Of a stretch of DNA of 64,000 nt, positions 61,252-64,000 are shown piece after piece. The notes beneath the pieces were generated by a model that did no database searches, had not been told where the DNA came from, and worked only from the letters and a program-made list of their open reading frames with translations. Numbering within the stretch: position 1 is the first letter of the stretch; the number at the start of each line of letters is the position of its first letter. The translations under genes were made by a program, and so were the position numbers. Origin of the DNA: Paraspadella gotoi (Eukaryota; Animalia; Chaetognatha); the NCBI GenBank assembly GCA_051294375.1, contig CM119264.1, positions 7,442,151 to 7,506,150 of the forward strand, given 5' to 3'.

Positions 61252-62463
61252 TAGTGTTCCGATACCGTTAACTGTTAACGGTTATTAACGGTTAAAAATA
61301 ATTTTAACTTAACCGTTAATACATTCATTTTAACGGTTAAATTCGGTTAATTTTCAAATGTGATTTTTTTCATTTTTTGGTATGAATCTTTAAATTTAAA
61401 AAAAAAAACTTATTTTTTCCTGTTTTCTCTTATTCTCCTCTCCCCTTCTCACCATATTTTTACCCCTCCTCTCTCTTCTCCAATTTTTCCCTGCTTTTTT
61501 CCTGTTATTTTCTCCTTTTTTTTCTATTCTCATCTCTCTCTTATTCTTTCTTCCCCTTTATTTATCTCCTCCTGTTCCTTTCTTTTTCTTTCTCACTTTT
61601 CCCCTTTTTCTTTCCCCCTTTCTTTTTCTCCTTTTTTCGCCCTTTGCTTTTGCCTTTTTCCTTTTTTTTGCCCTTTCATGCAATAATATATATTCAATTT
61701 AGCTAAAAATAAATAATCCCTCTTATTTTACTTTTTCTCTCTTTTTCTTTCCCTCTTTAAAATTAACAAAGAAGCAAATGAAATAAAACGAATGAATGAA
61801 AAAAATGAATAAAAAACCAAATAAAAAATTATTTTAAAAAATTTAAAAATTAATAATAGAAGGAAACGAATCTTAAAAAAGACATATAAAAAAGAATAAT
61901 GATGATATACTTTTTAATTAAACTGAAAAATATATTTATTAATCAATAAATATTTTGATCAATCGCTAAATCAACCAGTCTATCAATAATAAAATTCATA
62001 TTATATTTATGGTCAATGACAATTGGTCATAGTTTATGAAAGAACTAACAACAGAAAACAAGCGTTTAAGAAAACTAACAACTACAAAAATAATGGGGAA
62101 TAGAAGTAGAGAAAGAAAAAGAGAAAGCAAAAGAGAGAAAAAGAAAACAAAATATAGAATTAGAATTTGATGGTATCCTTTCGTTTCGTTGTGTTATGAG
62201 ATTAGGACAAAAATTTGTTTTTTTATAACTTATTATGACATAAAGAATAGACATGTTTCGACTCTGTTTCAAGTCTTTATCAGCGCATTCAAGAGCCAGA
62301 GTTAAAAAGAAAATACCATTAAATACTTTATTTTGTTTTAAATCTTGATATTTTTAAATTTAAAGTTAAATTAAATTAACCGATCTTAACGGTGAACCGT
62401 TAAAAATGTTAGTTTTAACGGTTAAGCGAACTTCCTAAAAAATTAACGGTTATCGGAACTCTA
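61252..62463. mobile_element. Non-autonomous hAT-like TIR element (1212 bp)
   Basis: TIRs TAGTGTTCCGATA and TATCGGAACTCTA (12/13 match). 8-bp TSD atcccgac (61244-61251) / atcccgat (62464-62471). Clustered subterminal CCGTTAA/TTAACGG motifs at both ends. Confidence 0.85.
62245..62290 (-). ncRNA. Degenerate minimal hammerhead motif (core reads CTGATAA)
   Basis: Reverse strand reads gaatgcg-CTGATAA-a-GACT-tgaaacag-AGTC-GAAA-catg-TC-tattc. The G8-to-A change is expected to impair cleavage. Confidence 0.6.
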
Positions 62464-63068
62464 ATCCCGATACTCTAATTCACTTTGTCGGTCCGTAGGT
62501 CCGCCGGGGGAAATGATGTCTGTCCGTCCATGTATCTGTCCATCTGTTTGTCCGTCCGTCCGTCCCACCTTAGCAAAAAACACCAATTACTCGTGATTGC
62601 ATGGATGGATTGGAATGAAATTTTTTTGGGTGGGTAGTAGACCTTGCCAGAAAATTTGAAGTTTGTGATCCAGCTTAGTAGTAGGGCTCAAAACGAGCTT
62701 CATACATGCGCGGATGTTTTACAATATTCCTTTTTTTTAATAAAAATTATGGGAAATGCTGCTAACTTTTTAAAAAATGCTGAAAAACTGAAAAATTAGG
62801 GCATTTCTTCAATATCTCGAAGGGCATTAAGTATACTCAAACGGAATCAGTTTTAATCATTAAAGCGTAAAAAAACTGTAAATGTGGGACACCTTACTTG
62901 ATGAATTAAGTGCACTTTCTATTAAATGGGGATTTTTTAATAATCAATGTCTTGCATTTTTCATCAAAAAAATTTATAAAAGGGTTATTTTTTAATATTT
63001 TTTTTGTAATTATCCTTTCTTTTTTCGTTGTTTGAGAGATTTTTTCAACAAATTTTATTTTTACAAGA

Positions 63069-63109
63069 GCAGACATGTTTCGGCTCACAGTACGACCCTT
63101 CATCAGCGC
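63069..63109 (-). ncRNA. Minimal type I hammerhead ribozyme motif
   Basis: Reverse strand reads gcg-CTGATGA-a-GGGTC-gtactgt-GAGCC-GAAA-catg-TC-tgc; one mismatch in stem II. Confidence 0.75.
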
Positions 63110-63651
63110 ATATTAGTTGTGAACTTGATACAAGTTTTAGTTAAAGAAAGAAAGAGAGAGAGAGAGAGAGAGAGGGTTAACGGTTTCCAACAAAGAATTG
63201 AGTAAGGACAGTGATCAGTGGTGAGGACAGATTTTTAGAAGTGGCTAGTTTGAATAAGTTTTGAAAAGAAGTGAAAATTGGTGAGACAGAGAGAGAGAGA
63301 GAGAGAAATAAATAAATAATTACATTTGAGCAATGTACAACATAGATAAAGATAATGGAAGCTGTTTAATAAAAAATTGAAATAAATTAATTTTTTGAAA
63401 TTAAAAAGTTGAAAATTGAAATTGAGAAATTTAAAATTGAGATTTTAGAGGGATAGATAAGTAAAGATTGTAGTGAAATATAAGAATTAAGAAAGAGCTC
63501 AAAATGTCACTAAAATGGCAAGCCACTTCTAAAAATCTGTCCTCACTCCTGGTCACTGTCCTTACTCAATTCTTTGTTGGAAACCTTTAACCCTCTCTCT
63601 CTCTCTCTCTCTTTCTTTAACTAAAACTTGTATCAAGTTCACAACTCATAT

Positions 63652-63692
63652 GCGCTGATGAAGGCTCGTACTGTTAGCCGAAACATGTCTGC
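63652..63692 (+). ncRNA. Minimal type I hammerhead ribozyme motif (Penelope-like element type)
   Basis: gcg-CTGATGA-a-GGCT-cgtactgtt-AGCC-GAAA-catg-TC-tgc. Complete catalytic core, 4-bp stem II, palindromic ACATGT in place of stem III, GUC cleavage triplet. Confidence 0.8.
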
Positions 63693-64000
63693 TCTTATAA
63701 AAATAAAATTTGTTGCAAAAATAAAATCAAACTTTGTTAACATTTTTTTAAAAAGCTTGCTTTATAAATTTAGGTAACTCTTTATAAACAGATAATTGGC
63801 TAATTCTTGGTAGCAAAATTTTTCTAAAATTCTTATTGGTTTATGAATTATGATTTTTTTAAATTAAAAAAAATATTCAAAAAAATTATTTTTCTGAAGA
63901 TAAACTATATAATATAATTATTTCAAATATTATTTATTTGAAATCTTAATAAAAAAACTATCCTTAACTAAACTTCCTACAGTTACAGAAGTACTTACTA

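Larger units (their letters stand above)
61224..62900 (+). mobile_element. Helentron/DINE-1-like element, family 2, split by the hAT-like insertion (3' end approximate)
   Basis: Removing 61252-62471 restores TTTT-ATCTGCT-gata-AGCAGAT (5' hairpin), followed by ...cactttgtcggtccgt, a (GTCC/GTCT)n tract at 62518-62565 and ggatggattggaatgaaattt, which is the usual DINE-1/HINE layout. Confidence 0.6.
63039..63722. repeat. Inverted repeat with ~205-bp arms (63039-63246 and 63521-63722), each carrying a hammerhead motif
   Basis: Direct reverse-complement comparison. Arms differ mainly by substitutions (e.g. caccactgatcac vs cactcctggtcac, ccgttaac vs cctttaac). Confidence 0.9.

Noticed and set aside
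60601-61253. Apparent TIR pair tagtcggatctgct / agcagatcccgacta
   Set aside because: No TSD. The right-hand match is assembled from the family-2 hairpin, the hAT TSD and the first bases of the hAT TIR.

Overview
AT-rich, intron-containing eukaryotic DNA, probably invertebrate, rich in (GA/CT)n microsatellites and taken from a noisy gap-filled draft assembly (seven gaps of exactly 25 N; repeated copies that differ mainly by indels). Much of 1-48 kb is redundant. A ~5.6 kb block occurs in 3 direct copies plus an inverted piece (1-21 kb), there is a fold-back at 21.6-23.3 kb, a ~3.4 kb direct duplication carries an intronless SLC35G/EamA-type transporter (26.6-34.5 kb), and a 13.3 kb palindrome spans 34.8-48.1 kb. 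I read most of this as haplotype redundancy and amplification or long-read fold-back chimeras. Two transposon insertions present in only one copy suggest that some copies are true alleles. The best-supported gene is a 7-exon fukutin/LicD-family phosphotransferase (57227-60252, minus strand, 557 aa, reconstructed by hand). Small mobile elements are dense: a solo LTR, two TIR elements with 8-bp target duplications, two Helentron/DINE-1-like families and nested insertions. The most notable structural signal is four minimal hammerhead ribozyme motifs of the Penelope-associated type, two of them on the arms of a diverged inverted repeat at 63.0-63.7 kb. I found no prokaryotic-type system, CRISPR array, tRNA or rRNA, and I cannot claim a genuinely new system from sequence alone.
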